The notes under the pieces are model-generated. The model ran no database searches. It was given only the letters and a program-made list of their open reading frames with translations, and was not told the DNA's origin. The position numbers and the translations under genes are program-made. Positions 27,480 through 45,147 of a DNA stretch of 64,000 bases are shown one piece after another (within the stretch, counting starts at the first letter, position 1; each line of letters opens with the position of its first letter). Origin of the DNA: Amoebidium appalachense (taxonomy: Eukaryota > Protista > Ichthyosporea); NCBI GenBank assembly GCA_963693365.1, contig CAVNZM010000012.1, forward strand, positions 6,894,889 to 6,958,888. The letters run 5' to 3'.

Positions 27480-28319
27480 ACACACACATACACACACACA
27501 CACACAGCCTTCCATGTCTGCGTGGCAATGCCGGTATGGCTCGACCCCTCCTCTTCATCAAACTGTCTGCAATCATATTTGCACGGGGGGGCACCCCAGA
27601 AGACGGATATCTGATTGGTGCTACTGGTGCACGGGTAGGTGAAATTTCCTAATTTGGAAATATGATCTGTATACATGTCAGCACGTTGGTTTCGCTTTTT
27701 TTTTCTTCCTGTTTTGGTTGGTTTTTATAGTTTTCACCCATCCCACCTTCTTCCCAATTAAAGTTGTTTTCAATCGGAGCACTGAATTGCTGTATGAAAT
27801 GGGGTTTCTTTTAGGCCGATTAATTGTTCCCAATTCCAGCACATCTGGGTCAAGCCCATTGCTCAGCATATAAATTACTGAATTTGGAGCTACAATCTTC
27901 TGCCTAACGCTTAGTTATTATTTTCCCCTTCCTTATTTCTCTTTTCTCTTTTTTTTCTCTTCTTTTTGTTGTATTATGGCGCACCTGTAACATGCTTCCG
28001 GCCAAACGATGGTGCGCAGCCAATGCGCAGCAGGCCAATCACATAGCTAGAAAACCCTCCGAGCCGATACGACCCGGAAACCTAAAAGAAACTCCCTTTA
28101 ATGCCATAATAGTTCTAGGTCGTAATGGTGGATATTCAGGTCATTTTTCTTTTGTATTTGATGGGAAATATACCAACTCTAGACTCCCGTCATATTCCCT
28201 GCCCCACATGCATATACACGTGTCTCCCCTTTCCCCCTTCTTCCCCTGCCTCACAAACATCTCTCACACACTCTCTGCCCTTATGCCTACTTCTGTAACA
28301 CACAAGCCCGCGCACACAA

Positions 28320-28321
28320 GG

Positions 28322-28386
<65 letters not shown>

Positions 28387-28424
28387 CGCACACACACACA
28401 CACACACATGCACACATGCACGCA

Positions 28425-28488
<64 letters not shown>

Positions 28489-28549
28489 CACATACATGCT
28501 CGTGCACACACACACATACACACACACACATGCACACACACACATGGCC

Positions 28550-28644
<95 letters not shown>

Positions 28645-28665
28645 CACACATGCACGCACACACGT

Positions 28666-28720
<55 letters not shown>

Positions 28721-28741
28721 CACACATGCACGCACACACGT

Positions 28742-28783
<42 letters not shown>

Positions 28784-28938
28784 GCACACACACACACACA
28801 TACCCACACACATGCACGCACACACACATGCACGCACACGCACACACACACACACACACACACATGTGCACACACACGAACGCACACACACATGCACGCA
28901 CACGCACGCACACGCACACACACACACGCACACACATG

Positions 28939-28977
<39 letters not shown>

Positions 28978-28980
28978 CCA
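28320..28980 (+). repeat. Long compound (CA)n microsatellite with CACG/CATG interruptions
   Basis: Direct reading, about 660 bp. Confidence 0.98.
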
Positions 28981-29085
28981 CAACCATACAATACGTCAAA
29001 TGCCACATCCTCCTCCTCCCAATACCCCCCGCCCCCCTCCCCCTCCCCCCGGCCTCCCCTCCCCCCTCCATCCCCCCTCCCCCCC

Positions 29086-29117
<32 letters not shown>

Positions 29118-29708
29118 CCACCCCCACCAGCACCCCCTCCAACCCCCGGCCCTCCCCCCACTCCCCCCCCCCCCCCCCCACCTCCCTCGCCCACATCCTC
29201 CCCGAAGGTTAACAAACTAAAATAAAAACTAAGGATAAATACAAAAGCACGTACCTTTCTCCATGCATTCAACACACCGCGAACTCAGCGACTTCTTCTC
29301 TCTGGTTCGACCCAAAGAGAGTATTCCCTGTGTGGTGCCTAAGGGGGATAGACGTTAAAGGAGCGTCTGGATACCCTGTTGGTGGAGATGGGCATCGCTG
29401 AGAGGGTAAGTGTACGGAAATGTGGATTTTCTTTAAGAGCATATGCCATATTTGGATCATTCCCAGTGTGGTTCCTAAGAGTTCAGGTGGCGGCGGGTTC
29501 ACCGAGAGGGGGAGGGGGGGGGCGGGGGGGAGGGAAGGGGGTAATTTGGCGTTCTGAAAGAGGAATATATCCATTTTTGTACTCCCCCGTGCGATGCTCG
29601 AGAGTTGTGGTGCGAAAGGATTCACGAAAATAGGTTCGGGATAAGCGTGTGGCAGCAGAGAGGGGGGGGGGGGGTGAAGGGGGTATGTGGCCGGAAGGGG
29701 AGGGGGGG

Positions 29709-29743
<35 letters not shown>

Positions 29744-30296
29744 TGGCTTGTGGCAGCAAAGCGTCCTCAACCCCAACCCCTTCTCCGCGGTCCAATCAAG
29801 AGGCGAAAACCCAAAATCTTATCCAAGGCACCCCCCCCCCCCTCCCCCTTTCAGCAACAATAGACCTCCCTCCCCTCCCCCCCCCCCCCCCCCCTCCTCC
29901 CCCCCCCCCCCCAAAAAAAAAGCAAAAAAGCAGCGGAAAAGTATCTGTGTCTGCCTTCATAGTTTGTTTTGTGTTTGTTTTGTTGTTTTATGGACGTCGG
30001 TTTCTAGACATCTGCTTTGATGTTTGCCTTCTCCCATGCATATAAACCCCCTTCCCCCTCCCCTCCCAACCCTCCCCCCCAAGTGTGTCTTTGCCTGCAT
30101 CCCCCCCCCCCCCCCCCCCCCCCTCTTTCTGGCTTTCTCATGCTTGTGACTTTATATGTTCTGTCTCATCATGTCTCCACTTCCATATTTCCAACCCTCT
30201 AATGCATACATCCCCCCCTCTCCCCCCCCCCCCCTCCCCCCCCCCCCCGGACTGCAAAACACACCTACCCATCCCCCCTTCCCCCCCTCCCCCCCC

Positions 30297-30327
<31 letters not shown>

Positions 30328-30712
30328 ATCCCCCCACATCCCCCCATTCCTACCCTTTAGAAGCCTATCTCCTTATAAGCAGACTCTGAGAAGTGGGAGA
30401 AATACACTACTGTAACACAAACAGAAACTGACTGTCCTAGTACCCATATTCACCAATGGCAACTTTCCTTTCCGTTTCTTTGCCGCGAAGGCTCCCCCCA
30501 ACAGGGCTGATTCCTCGGTCGAACTACCCCACGATTTTTATTTTTTGCTTCCCTCTCTCTCACCCTCCCGTCTTCTTCTTCTTTTTGTGTTTCTTGTGTC
30601 ACGGTGTTAGGGTTGCTGCACCGCCACCGGTTATCATCCTTTGCCTATCTTTACTATCTCTTTTTTCTGGTTGGTAGTTTTCCTTTTACCATCCTTTGCC
30701 AATGTATGTATG

Positions 30713-30765
<53 letters not shown>

Positions 30766-31165
30766 GCTGTAAGACAGCTAGGGGGAGAACTTCTTGCAGC
30801 TCCCTGGTGTATGTACGAATCCATGGAAATAAAAAATATAAACAGAAAAAAAAGGTAAATAAGGAACATATTATCATCTTTGAAGCCCTTTCATAAACTT
30901 TGACTGCTTTGTATACTATACTAAGTAGACATGGGCAGCCATGGTCGGCCGATTTTTGGTGTGCTAGCGAAGACCCACGAAATTTCGTATGAAACATAAG
31001 CTTGGGTCACGCTAGCTAGCCAATTGACTCCATACATGCAGAACAAGATTCATGCTCAACAGGCTATAACTATTCGCCACGTCTTATGGCCGATCGTAAG
31101 TGTGGCACGGTTTGAAAGTACGACTTGTACTTACACTGCCTCAAGGGGGTTTGGGGGGGGGAAAA

Positions 31166-31200
<35 letters not shown>

Positions 31201-31609
31201 TTGAGAATAATGTACGGAGTACTATATTACACGATGTGAGACACGATATACTGACACGGGACACGTACAGTAGGGGACCCTTCGTAAAATCGGGTTTGCA
31301 CGCCTCCCTTATATGGGTGATCCGATCCGATCGGAACCGGTGAATTCGATCAATACCAATAAACCGTACCGGTATGCAAAAGCAATGAAAGTACGCATCA
31401 TCAGCAACGCCTCCTATGTGAATTAAGCAATATAAACCGGGCCTCACCCTCATGGGGGACCCAAGTCCATAACTGCATTTCCGAGTGTCTACCTTTTAGC
31501 CTCCCGCGCGAAAACCCCAGCTGGCTCAGGGACAATTCAGCGGCATCTGAACTTGGGTAAGTAATAGTCCGTTGATCAGACTCTGAGACGAGCAGGGAGC
31601 GGCTTACGT

Positions 31610-31872
31610 GTTGAAAACGGTGATGTGTGTGTGGTTCGAAAACTATGTAGTGTAGAATGCGGCGAAAATTGCATTCAGTCTTCTCTCGTCATCCTCTAGA
31701 CCCCCCCACCCCTCCACCCTCCCCGAGGGATGTCACTTCTTCTCTCCTCTATTGATCCATTAGAAACCGGCTCACGATACAGCTTCCTTCACCTTATTAT
31801 GTTTAACTCTAGGGACGGATAAAATTCCCTAATACAAGCTCATAGTAAATCATCATAGTATACGATAGACCC

Positions 31873-31903
<31 letters not shown>

Positions 31904-32095
31904 AAAAAAACATAAACAAAAACAAAAACAAAAAAACAAAAACCAAAAAGACCTTACTATGTGGTAACCGGTTTCTGGTTGGTGATCATCGATATGCGGA
32001 GGGGAGGAGAGGAACCAATTAAAAAAGCCTCATATTGCCTCAAAAAGAAAAATTCGAAGCTGCTTTACCTAATTGGTGGAAACCAGACCATTCAG
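31610..32095 (+). repeat. Old interspersed repeat, copy 2
   Basis: Same blocks in the same order as 17650-18270. Confidence 0.75.
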
Positions 32096-32104
32096 CGTCG
32101 GCCT

Positions 32105-32147
<43 letters not shown>

Positions 32148-32785
32148 AAAAAAAAAAAAAAAACCCAGAGGTGCACTCCAGAGGGGAGGGTGGGGGGCTA
32201 TGCAAAGAGCTGAACCCCCACCCCAAAAGAGTTGAACCCCCCCCCCCCCCACCCCCCAAACCTTTCCCCCTTCCCCCCCCCCCCCATTCCCCCCTTGAAA
32301 AAAAAGGAAACAATGACTTGAGATGAACAATGATTGGCTCGAAATGCATATGTAGCAAAGATAGGCAAGCCAGTTCGTTGCCATTGAACGGTAGCTGCTT
32401 TGTTTTCAACGTTTCTCCATCATTGGCCATAGCTGTTTTTATTTCAACGTTCACCCTCTTATCCGCATCTCAGTGCATACGCATGCGCATAAACACATGC
32501 ACACATCTTTGAATATTGTCAGCAGCCTGTATAGCACCAAAACACAGCAAGTCTAACAATATTCTAATGGCACATCTTAGACTTAAAAGTTCCATAACTC
32601 ATCGGATATAAATTAACTGGCGAATGACACGCATGTCTGGGGCAGGGTACTCCTGTGTCAAGAACTTCCAATACTATTCAGGGGAAAAAAAGATTTTTTA
32701 AAAAATTGTTATCATATGTTATCATATCCCGTCATATGCATGTGCCGAAGAATATGCATCCACTCACCGAAGAATATGCATCCAC

Positions 32786-33560
32786 TCACTTCATCTCCAC
32801 CGTGGACCGAATTTCAACCGCAACCATGGCCGGAACACTAACCCCCTGATTTTGCACCAATCCTAAAGCGCGCCTGTGGTCAACCAAAGCCTTTCCCAAC
32901 CAAAGCTTCACCACAACGAAGAAGACCGCAATCCCGGAGAGCAGGGCAATAACATTACCCCACGTGAATATGCGGCGATCGTAGTGGGCTAAACCAACAA
33001 TCATACCCACCGTGGAAATAATCGTTAATGGAACGCCCACGAAACCAACTGCGAAAATAGTTTGGTTGAGGGTTTTAAATTTGTGGGTGTTGGTTTCGTG
33101 TATGACCCTGGTGTTTTTGTGCAAGGTGCATGCGAAATAAACACAATATATTCCACCGAAAATCGCCATTACGTTGAGAATAAACATTGCAAAAAGGTAG
33201 GCCTTCATGGGGTCTTCGGTCCTCACCCATAGGCTTGGACTGAACACGCACGTTGTTCCCGCTGAGGTGTACTCAAATGACGTCGACACACTAGTGATGA
33301 CTAGTACTCGCTCCATAATGCCCGTCAACTTGAAGAGTATACTTTCTTGTCTCCACACAAGTCAACAGCAAACCAAATCCGTTGCATATCCACGCGGGAA
33401 TTACAAAGGAGAGTAGAGCCCCGATGAGCCCCACCACATATAACCCCACGGCTATCTTTTGGTTTCTTTGATGGATTAAGTTTCTTTGCAATTGTGTCGT
33501 CTCCTGCGTCCATGGAAACGTTTAACGTAGGCAGTTGTGGACGTTGTTGTCGGCGACATT
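32786..33560 (-). pseudogene. Frameshifted intronless four-transmembrane (claudin/PMP22-like) membrane protein gene
   Basis: TM1 plus W...GLLLTC in ORF 33291-33491; a second loop Cys and three further hydrophobic helices in ORF 32786-33358; possible starts near 33559 (AAAATGTCGCC, same context as the PLBD start) or 33513 lie in other frames, so at least two frameshifts are needed. Confidence 0.5.
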
Positions 33561-34142
33561 TTTTGGTGGATGCACACGTATATATGTTTGTGCTTACGTG
33601 TATATTATTTAGGGTGTGCACACGATGTATTCCTGCGAGGTGTGTTGATATGATATCAATACTAATACTATAGAGCGCCCCCAAGTACTTAGGAAGAAGT
33701 TCGTATTTTGGATATATTTGTATATCCCAGTATTATAACTCACATGCCGTGTCAGTATCAGTGTGTATCACGTAATAAAGGTGTCGCGTCGATGAAGTTT
33801 TGAAATTGTATGATCTAGGTTGTAGAAAAATGTGTATCGGTATGCATTCTCTAAGATCGTACGTGGTGCGCCTCCTCGCGCACTTTCTTCTTAAAAATAT
33901 CTAGAAACCATATCTGAAGTTCTTTAGTCACACTTCGAAAAGGGGTATAAGTTATCTAATTCAGAACTGTCTCCGTAGGACAAAATTAGCGGATCATGCA
34001 CCGAACGCACGCTCACGGACCCAGGTCGCATATGCATGAGCGGCGCACGCAGCCATCCATGGCTCCATGGGGGTCCGTGTGCCGCTTGCATGCGCATGCA
34101 TCGGTAAAGCACGCGACTCAGTAGCAAGGTTTTGAAAAGTTA

Positions 34143-36167
34143 TCTAGCTGTAATTATTTATTTTTTGTAAGGCGGGCCGTGCACAATCAACACAAGCTCT
34201 GAGGGTTTACGTCCGCATTTCTGCAATTTCCAAATTTTGGTCACTAGATTTACCGATAAAGTCATATAAAATGGCGCTGCACGGGTCAATGCCGTCAGTT
34301 TTCACTAGACAGAAGTTGCGCTACTGTGGAGAGCAGTGTGGTAGTACAAAACTCCTCTTCAAGGTCTGCAGTGGCCAACGTTGCTGTGTTGTGGCTTCTT
34401 CTAGCCGCAATCATGGCGCAGACGCCGCCACTCTCCGCGTACCTGGAGTACGACGTGAATAATTACAAGACTGATGTGCCACGCACAGTGTCTACTTTCT
34501 TTACAAATTACACGTTTCCGTCTCTTTTAACACATGTCAACTCCCAACAAACCGTTTCCCTGTTCACAGTTCTAGGTTATGATAACGTTGAGTGCATGCA
34601 CATGCTGTGGCGTTCCCTTGACAACCCTGCGCTTGTCGGCCCCTTTAATGCACCTTGCGGGAATTGAAATGTATGAAGCCTTTGGAAGTGGGAAACTTGG
34701 ACACATTGCAGCATTTGCACAACATAAGGAACTTGATTTTCACGCACACACACTCCAGAAATGCTCTGCCTGTGCACTTGACACTGCTTAAGACATACAC
34801 GAGTCATACACCAACACATATGTCGTCTCTCACCACTATGCACAAAAACCAGACATCACAATGGCTTTGCGTCAGGCCTTTACACTTGCACACCCACTCG
34901 GCACACACCTACAACGCCAAATTGCCTTAATTGAATCTGGTCGTGCAAATCTTCTGCAAGCCATTAAAAAGCCAGACCTGCTGCGTGCCTTTTTGTTTGA
35001 GTTTTTAATGACAAGCGAATATGTGCCTAAAGTGTCTGCCTCCTATACGTACAGTTCAGTTGATGGTGAAGTAAAAGAGGTTGACCAGGACTTTTCTGTT
35101 GGTTTATTTGTTGCACTCTGCTCCATGACACAAACCAACTTAAGGTTCTGGACACCCTTTATGAACCGCCTAAAACCCCGCCACTTAGTACTCCAGCCAA
35201 ACCACACCAGAACACTGGATATCCTGTATGAAGAGACACACACAGGATACAACTTATACAAGTTGCAAGAGCCTGCAGATGTTTTTGCACACATCAGCGA
35301 ATGGAAACTGGAAAACGTTACTCTGTCACAACAGAACGTCTGTAGTTTTTGCACCTCACGCCTATTATAAGAGGAGAAATCCTCTTTCTGTTGTGGAAAC
35401 GGAAAATGGGTAATCCCAACACTCCCCCCCCTCCCTTTACAGCTAACACAACTATACAGCACACCTGCTTTCACCAAAAAGGCAAGAGAATATAACATGT
35501 TTGCATTCACAGCCATGGGCTGGTCTCAAAGAACCGTTACACAGGCAGCTCCTTCATTTGTCAAGATTCAACTACCAGTCTTTCCAATATAAGGTACTAT
35601 ATCTATGAAGGTATACGGGCAGCAGTTGCTGCTGCAAGATCTCTGTCATCAGCTTTCATTTCATTCCTCGAAAGTGCTCTGTACCAGTGCAACCCTATAG
35701 CATCTGAGTTCCGCAGACTAAGCCAAGCCTACCCAGACCAAGAAAACTTTCACGTAGCCTTTCAAAGCAATAACAGAAGAACTGCTACACCCCAGGCTCC
35801 CGAGATTGCAGCCTTATATGATATGGACCCAGTGCATGCAGGAAGACACGTAATATGGTTCCACCGATTCTCAAACCAACGTCCCGAGCAAGTTCACTAC
35901 CTAAATGAGCTATGTGAACCACTGCAATATCCTTTACTGTTTTTGCAAGGCACACCAGGTTGGAGCCTCAATACCTTTCCTACTTTAGGTAAAAAGGTGT
36001 CAGTCACAAAAGCAGCAAGACGACTACTGCACACTACCCACTTCCACAATGTTGGCAGGTTGATGTCTGAATGGGCCTGTGACCAATTTTCACGAGCAGA
36101 AGATGAAAGACTGGACTGGGTGAGAAGTAGACAATATATCCATAAATGATATATAGTATATGTAAAT

Positions 36168-36198
<31 letters not shown>

Positions 36199-36494
36199 AA
36201 GAAGTTCCGGATTCTGTATATTAATTTCTGCGCCTGTCAGTGAAAGTGTGCAGGCTACATTGCGTCATATTTTAGTTTCTATAAAACCCTACAAACAAAA
36301 ATAAAGCTCCACCAGGCAACAGTGTTGCCATGTTATGATATATCTTGTGCCTATAAATTTTTCACCAAATACACTCTATGTTCTCTTCTCTTTCTTTTGA
36401 CTGGATTTATTCTCTTCTCTTCCGCTTCAAATTCTGTGCACATGTCCCATGCAGGCCCCGCCCCAACGGGGCGGGGGGTACCTGTATTTACTAG
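34143..36494 (+). mobile_element. Internally deleted, non-autonomous Helitron (5' end uncertain)
   Basis: 3' end: hairpin CCCCGCCCC-AAC-GGGGCGGGG (36456-36476), then CTAG at 36491-36494 followed by T. Contains Rep N-terminal coding remnants. A|TC at 34142-34144 is only one candidate 5' end. Confidence 0.8.
34413..36140 (+). pseudogene. Helitron Rep/helicase N-terminal region, disrupted and truncated before the HUH motif and helicase
   Basis: CSFC...CCGNGK..PTLPPLP...AREYNMFAFTAMG, EIAAL, EPLQYPLLFLQGTPGW, GRL...DQFSRAEDERLDWVRSRQ match Helitron N-terminal motifs; in-frame TAA at 34789 and 35368 plus frameshifts. Confidence 0.85.
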
Positions 36495-38309
36495 TTCAAA
36501 ATAGTATGGTAGTGCATAGCAGTACATAGTGTGCATTACAATAAAAGGCGCGTGCAAACTGGATGCACCATTGTCACTGTGTGTCATTACGACCGCGGGC
36601 AGATCTCATATGAGCGACAATAAGTCACCACATCAAAAATATTGGCATTTCCAACTGACACTACATAGTACTGTGGGCTAAAGCTACTGTGTGCATATAC
36701 CATCTGCCATGCTCTCGACGGCCCGGAGCACACTCAAGACATGATCCTGATCAGGAGCACTCAGACGGTCTGCACACGGTCTGAACGACTCTGAAACTGT
36801 TATGACTGATCTCGTGAATCGATGCGTTCCAATTTCTTTTCTATTATTATTTTTATTATTATATAAGGACTTTATTGAGACATTTTCGAAATATGAGAAG
36901 CTGAGATAACCACAGATATCTCATAAATAATTATAAGTTGCAACTCCACAGTGTCTGCCAGCTGTACGATGCATGATCACTCCGATGGGTGCAATATAGA
37001 CAAATCATCAACTAGTACTCGAATCTTAGGCCCGGATGGATGAACTGCTGGAGCCGCTCCGGGCCGCTCGGCCGCGGGTATCGTAGCTCTTCAAGCATTG
37101 CCACTAAAGCATATATTTAGAACTTATACATAAAACTACACAATATGTATTTTGCCACTGTTATCTGTTGATAAAAGCCAAAAATAGGCAAATTCACCTT
37201 GATAGATCCTGCGCAACCGTTTCCAGAATAATCCTGCAAGCTGCACGTGCACATATGTCTAAATCCATGCTCATGTGCACAAGACTGGGGGGGACATGCA
37301 TACTGGCCTACCTAAGATCAAACACAGTGGTATATATATACATGTACACACGCGCGTATATCTCAACCTGTGTACATCCATACTAGATATCCGGTATAAT
37401 ATACCACTGATCAATAAATCCCAGTCAAGAGAAAAAAATATACCACAGGTGCCCGACGCAGGTAGCCGCCGTATGTAACAGGTAGTAAATCCCCCAAACT
37501 ACGTAAAACACCATTTTCAAAGTTTTCCGGCAAATGACTATGGGCCTATATTGCAAGATAAAGCGAATTTTTGGGGTCCAAGAAAGTGATGCTCCTTCAA
37601 CCAATGACATGAGTGAACGATGATTGGTTCTCCATGGCCACGGCCAGCATTTTCAGAAAGCTGCGGCCAAGAAACCACCCGTTCATAAAGGTGGCCTATT
37701 TGAGATAAAGCTCTGTTAGGTTCTCGAAGATAAAACGCATAATTAAAAATATATAGTTAAGTCAGCATTTTTTGCATTTTTAGATACGATATCATCATTG
37801 AAATCTTGACCTCCTATCTGCTGAATGATGTTTCTCGGTCCGCTCTTAAGATTCGAGCATCTCAGATCTGTAAAAGTTGCGCAAGTTTTACGCATACTGG
37901 TTTGATTCCTCCGGCATGGGCATGGACATGCGTCAGAGAGAGAGAAAGGGAGGGAGGGAGGGAGAGAGAAAAGAGAGAGAGAGAGACAGAGAGAGAGAGA
38001 GAAAGTGAGAGCTGGAGAGAAACAAGAGCGAGTGTTTTTATGTGAGAAGAGTAATATAGGTAGAAGTATTTAAAGTACACAAAAACCGCGCTCGATCAAC
38101 GTGAACACACAGTTCTTTTTTTCATTTCGTAATGTTTTGTTGCATTCCTAGTTGGGTAGCTTGAACTATATACTTGCCTGCTCAGCTCATCCCAGCGCGC
38201 AGTAATATTCGACGTGCTTTAGTAAGGCGAACTTTTTGTTTCAGCTTATTATTACCTGTTTATATACTCTTCCTTATCGATAGAGTTTTTCTCTTTTTCC
38301 ATCGCCAAC

Positions 38310-42937
<4,628 letters not shown>

Positions 42938-43627
42938 GCTCTATATTTCGGGAGTCAATCTTTATAATTTCTGTGATGGTATGTTGTATGTAACCTAATG
43001 CTTGAAGAAGGTTCGCAGGTTTTTTTCTTCTGACGCCTTCTTGTTTTGTTTGGTTTTCACTTCCCAGTGGCCTTCGCAACTCAGGAAACATGTGTGTGTG
43101 ATAATAGGTTGTTGGTGATTCATAATGTTTGCGGGGTTTCTTTCGGACACTTTTTATTTTTTCTGCTTTTATTTTTATTTTTGGAGTTTCTCCTTTTGTT
43201 TTTTTGTTCCGTTTCCTTTTCTCTATTTTATCTGGATTTGTAAATCATGGTCCTAGAAACACAACTGCAGAAACGGCATTTTTCCCTGCCGGGTGGTAGG
43301 GGGATGTATATCTCCTAAGTTTCCTTGAGGGGGCTCTGTAAGTGACCCTTTGTGGTGAAAAATACAGCATGCGGGACATGCCATTTTCCCGGAATACACA
43401 ATTTCTTACCGAAAATAGGTGTGCCCCAGACTCCGGTTGTTACACCAAGGGTTCAGTTCTGGACACACACATGCCTCCACTATCATAGTTGAACATCGCA
43501 AAGCCCCATTTCGGTTGGGAATGGGTGGACTGGGGGTTGGTGGGAGGTAGGCTTTTTTTTGTTTGTTTTTTCTTTTTTTTTTTCCCTCCTGGTATGTATG
43601 TGTGGGCCACGGCCGTGTGGTGCCACA

Positions 43628-43720
<93 letters not shown>

Positions 43721-44607
43721 GGAAGGGGGCAGGGGGGCTGGCTGATGTGCTTTCTTTTGCTGAACTGGCGGTACCTCTTTCAACCCTACGTATGTATACC
43801 TCCGTTTTGCCTAACCCAGGAATCGCCTGCATCGCGCAATTCAAATCAAATAGTGCACCACGTGGACACCCTTTCTGCACCTGTACGTACTAGTACTTGG
43901 CTGGCCAGAATTTTGTTATCTCAAAAAGACAAACATAAACAGAATAAGAATTCTACTATGCTATTTACATTAATTAACATAGATCTCGGATCCTCACGAT
44001 GCTTGATCATCAAACACAAAGGAGAATCACGCGAATTGACCACGAAAGGAAAGAAGTAGCTGAGTGTTTCAGACAGCCTGTGCCCTTTCGTTCCATTTTC
44101 GTTAATCAGATTCATGTCCGGCTTACATGAGTTCAAGCTGTCAACTCGCACCTGAATCTCAACTTAGGTAATTCGACTTGACGTGGTGATGATGTGGTGG
44201 AATGATCAGGCACGATAAACCTTTGGCTGCACGGCACGATCCATACAGTCAGACATCAAAGTTTCGTTCCAAGTTTGCTAAAGTTTTCATACACTTCTAT
44301 TTACGTTCACATATATTCGCTAGATGTTAAACTCATTCATATGTTTTGGCTGCATATATCATTCCGAGAAAGGACTATCAAGATTTAACATGGTCTGATT
44401 CCAAACACCGTGCTTGCCATGGGTCTTTGTATGTAGATAGCTATAAAGAGTAAAGATGGGAGCATCCAGCATGTGCTATATTAACAAAGCATCCAGTCAA
44501 AAGTTTTGTCACACGCAATCCATTCAACATTCACAATTTCAATGCAGGATTGAGCAAGTTATTCGTCGCAGTGGTATTCTTCAGTTGTACGAGATGGCAG
44601 ACAGATT

Positions 44608-45147
44608 TCAGAAGGCATAAACAGCAGCTTGTTTTGCACCGTAGGAAACGCCTTGTTTAGGAGCAGAAAAAGAAAAAGAGCCGAATACAGCTTGCCCGGC
44701 AGGCTTGCGCACAGGGGCACTTGTGTTTTGTGCAGTCCCCATGTTCTGGTTGTAGTTAGGTCCATACGTGCTGTGTCGGTTTGTCTGCCCCGCTGCATGT
44801 TCGGATCTTTGCCAATCCCGGCGTGGGGGAGGGGGAGGTGATGCCGTGCCGTTTACAGCAGCTGCTTGATGTTGCTGGAGCATGGCTGAGCGCTCTTCTG
44901 CGAGCTTGACCTCTTTCAGGTTCTTCTCGAGTGTGTTCTTTAGCAGAAGGCGGTTCCGGAGAGGGGTGAGTCTGGGTTTGTATAGCACTTGAGATGCCGT
45001 GTTGATAACATTGATCTTCTCAATGGTGACGCGCATAAGACGCTGCAGCTCAAAGGTCTGAGTTTGCTGGTGTGCAGCAAAACTCCTCGAGGTAGCACCG
45101 TAGTGCGAGCCGTGAAAGGGTGGCGGGTTGATCCTGCTGTCGTACAT
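44608..45147 (-). CDS. Hypothetical intronless protein (179 aa from the ATG at 45147; the ORF is open to 45363) with a SERTA-like helical motif and low-complexity C-terminus
   Basis: Long non-repetitive ORF convergent on bL17; segment LMRVTIEKIN...TPLRNRLLLKNTL resembles the SERTA consensus (S..KL...P.LRRSVLI.NTL). Start codon uncertain. Confidence 0.5.
   Translation of the reverse strand: MYDSRINPPPFHGSHYGATSRSFAAHQQTQTFELQRLMRVTIEKINVINTASQVLYKPRLTPLRNRLLLKNTLEKNLKEVKLAEERSAMLQQHQAAAVNGTASPPPPPRRDWQRSEHAAGQTNRHSTYGPNYNQNMGTAQNTSAPVRKPAGQAVFGSFSFSAPKQGVSYGAKQAAVYAF

Noticed and set aside
29270-29650. Non-repetitive island with a 118-aa minus-strand ORF
   Set aside because: No recognisable motif or splice context; probably a decayed element fragment.
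32745-32789. 22-bp tandem duplication, and a 50-bp one at about 12966-13065
   Set aside because: Ordinary local slippage duplications with no further structure.
34789-35370. In-frame TAA codons as evidence for a reassigned genetic code
   Set aside because: Host genes here end in TAA, TAG and TGA, and the Helitron also has frameshifts, so simple decay explains them.
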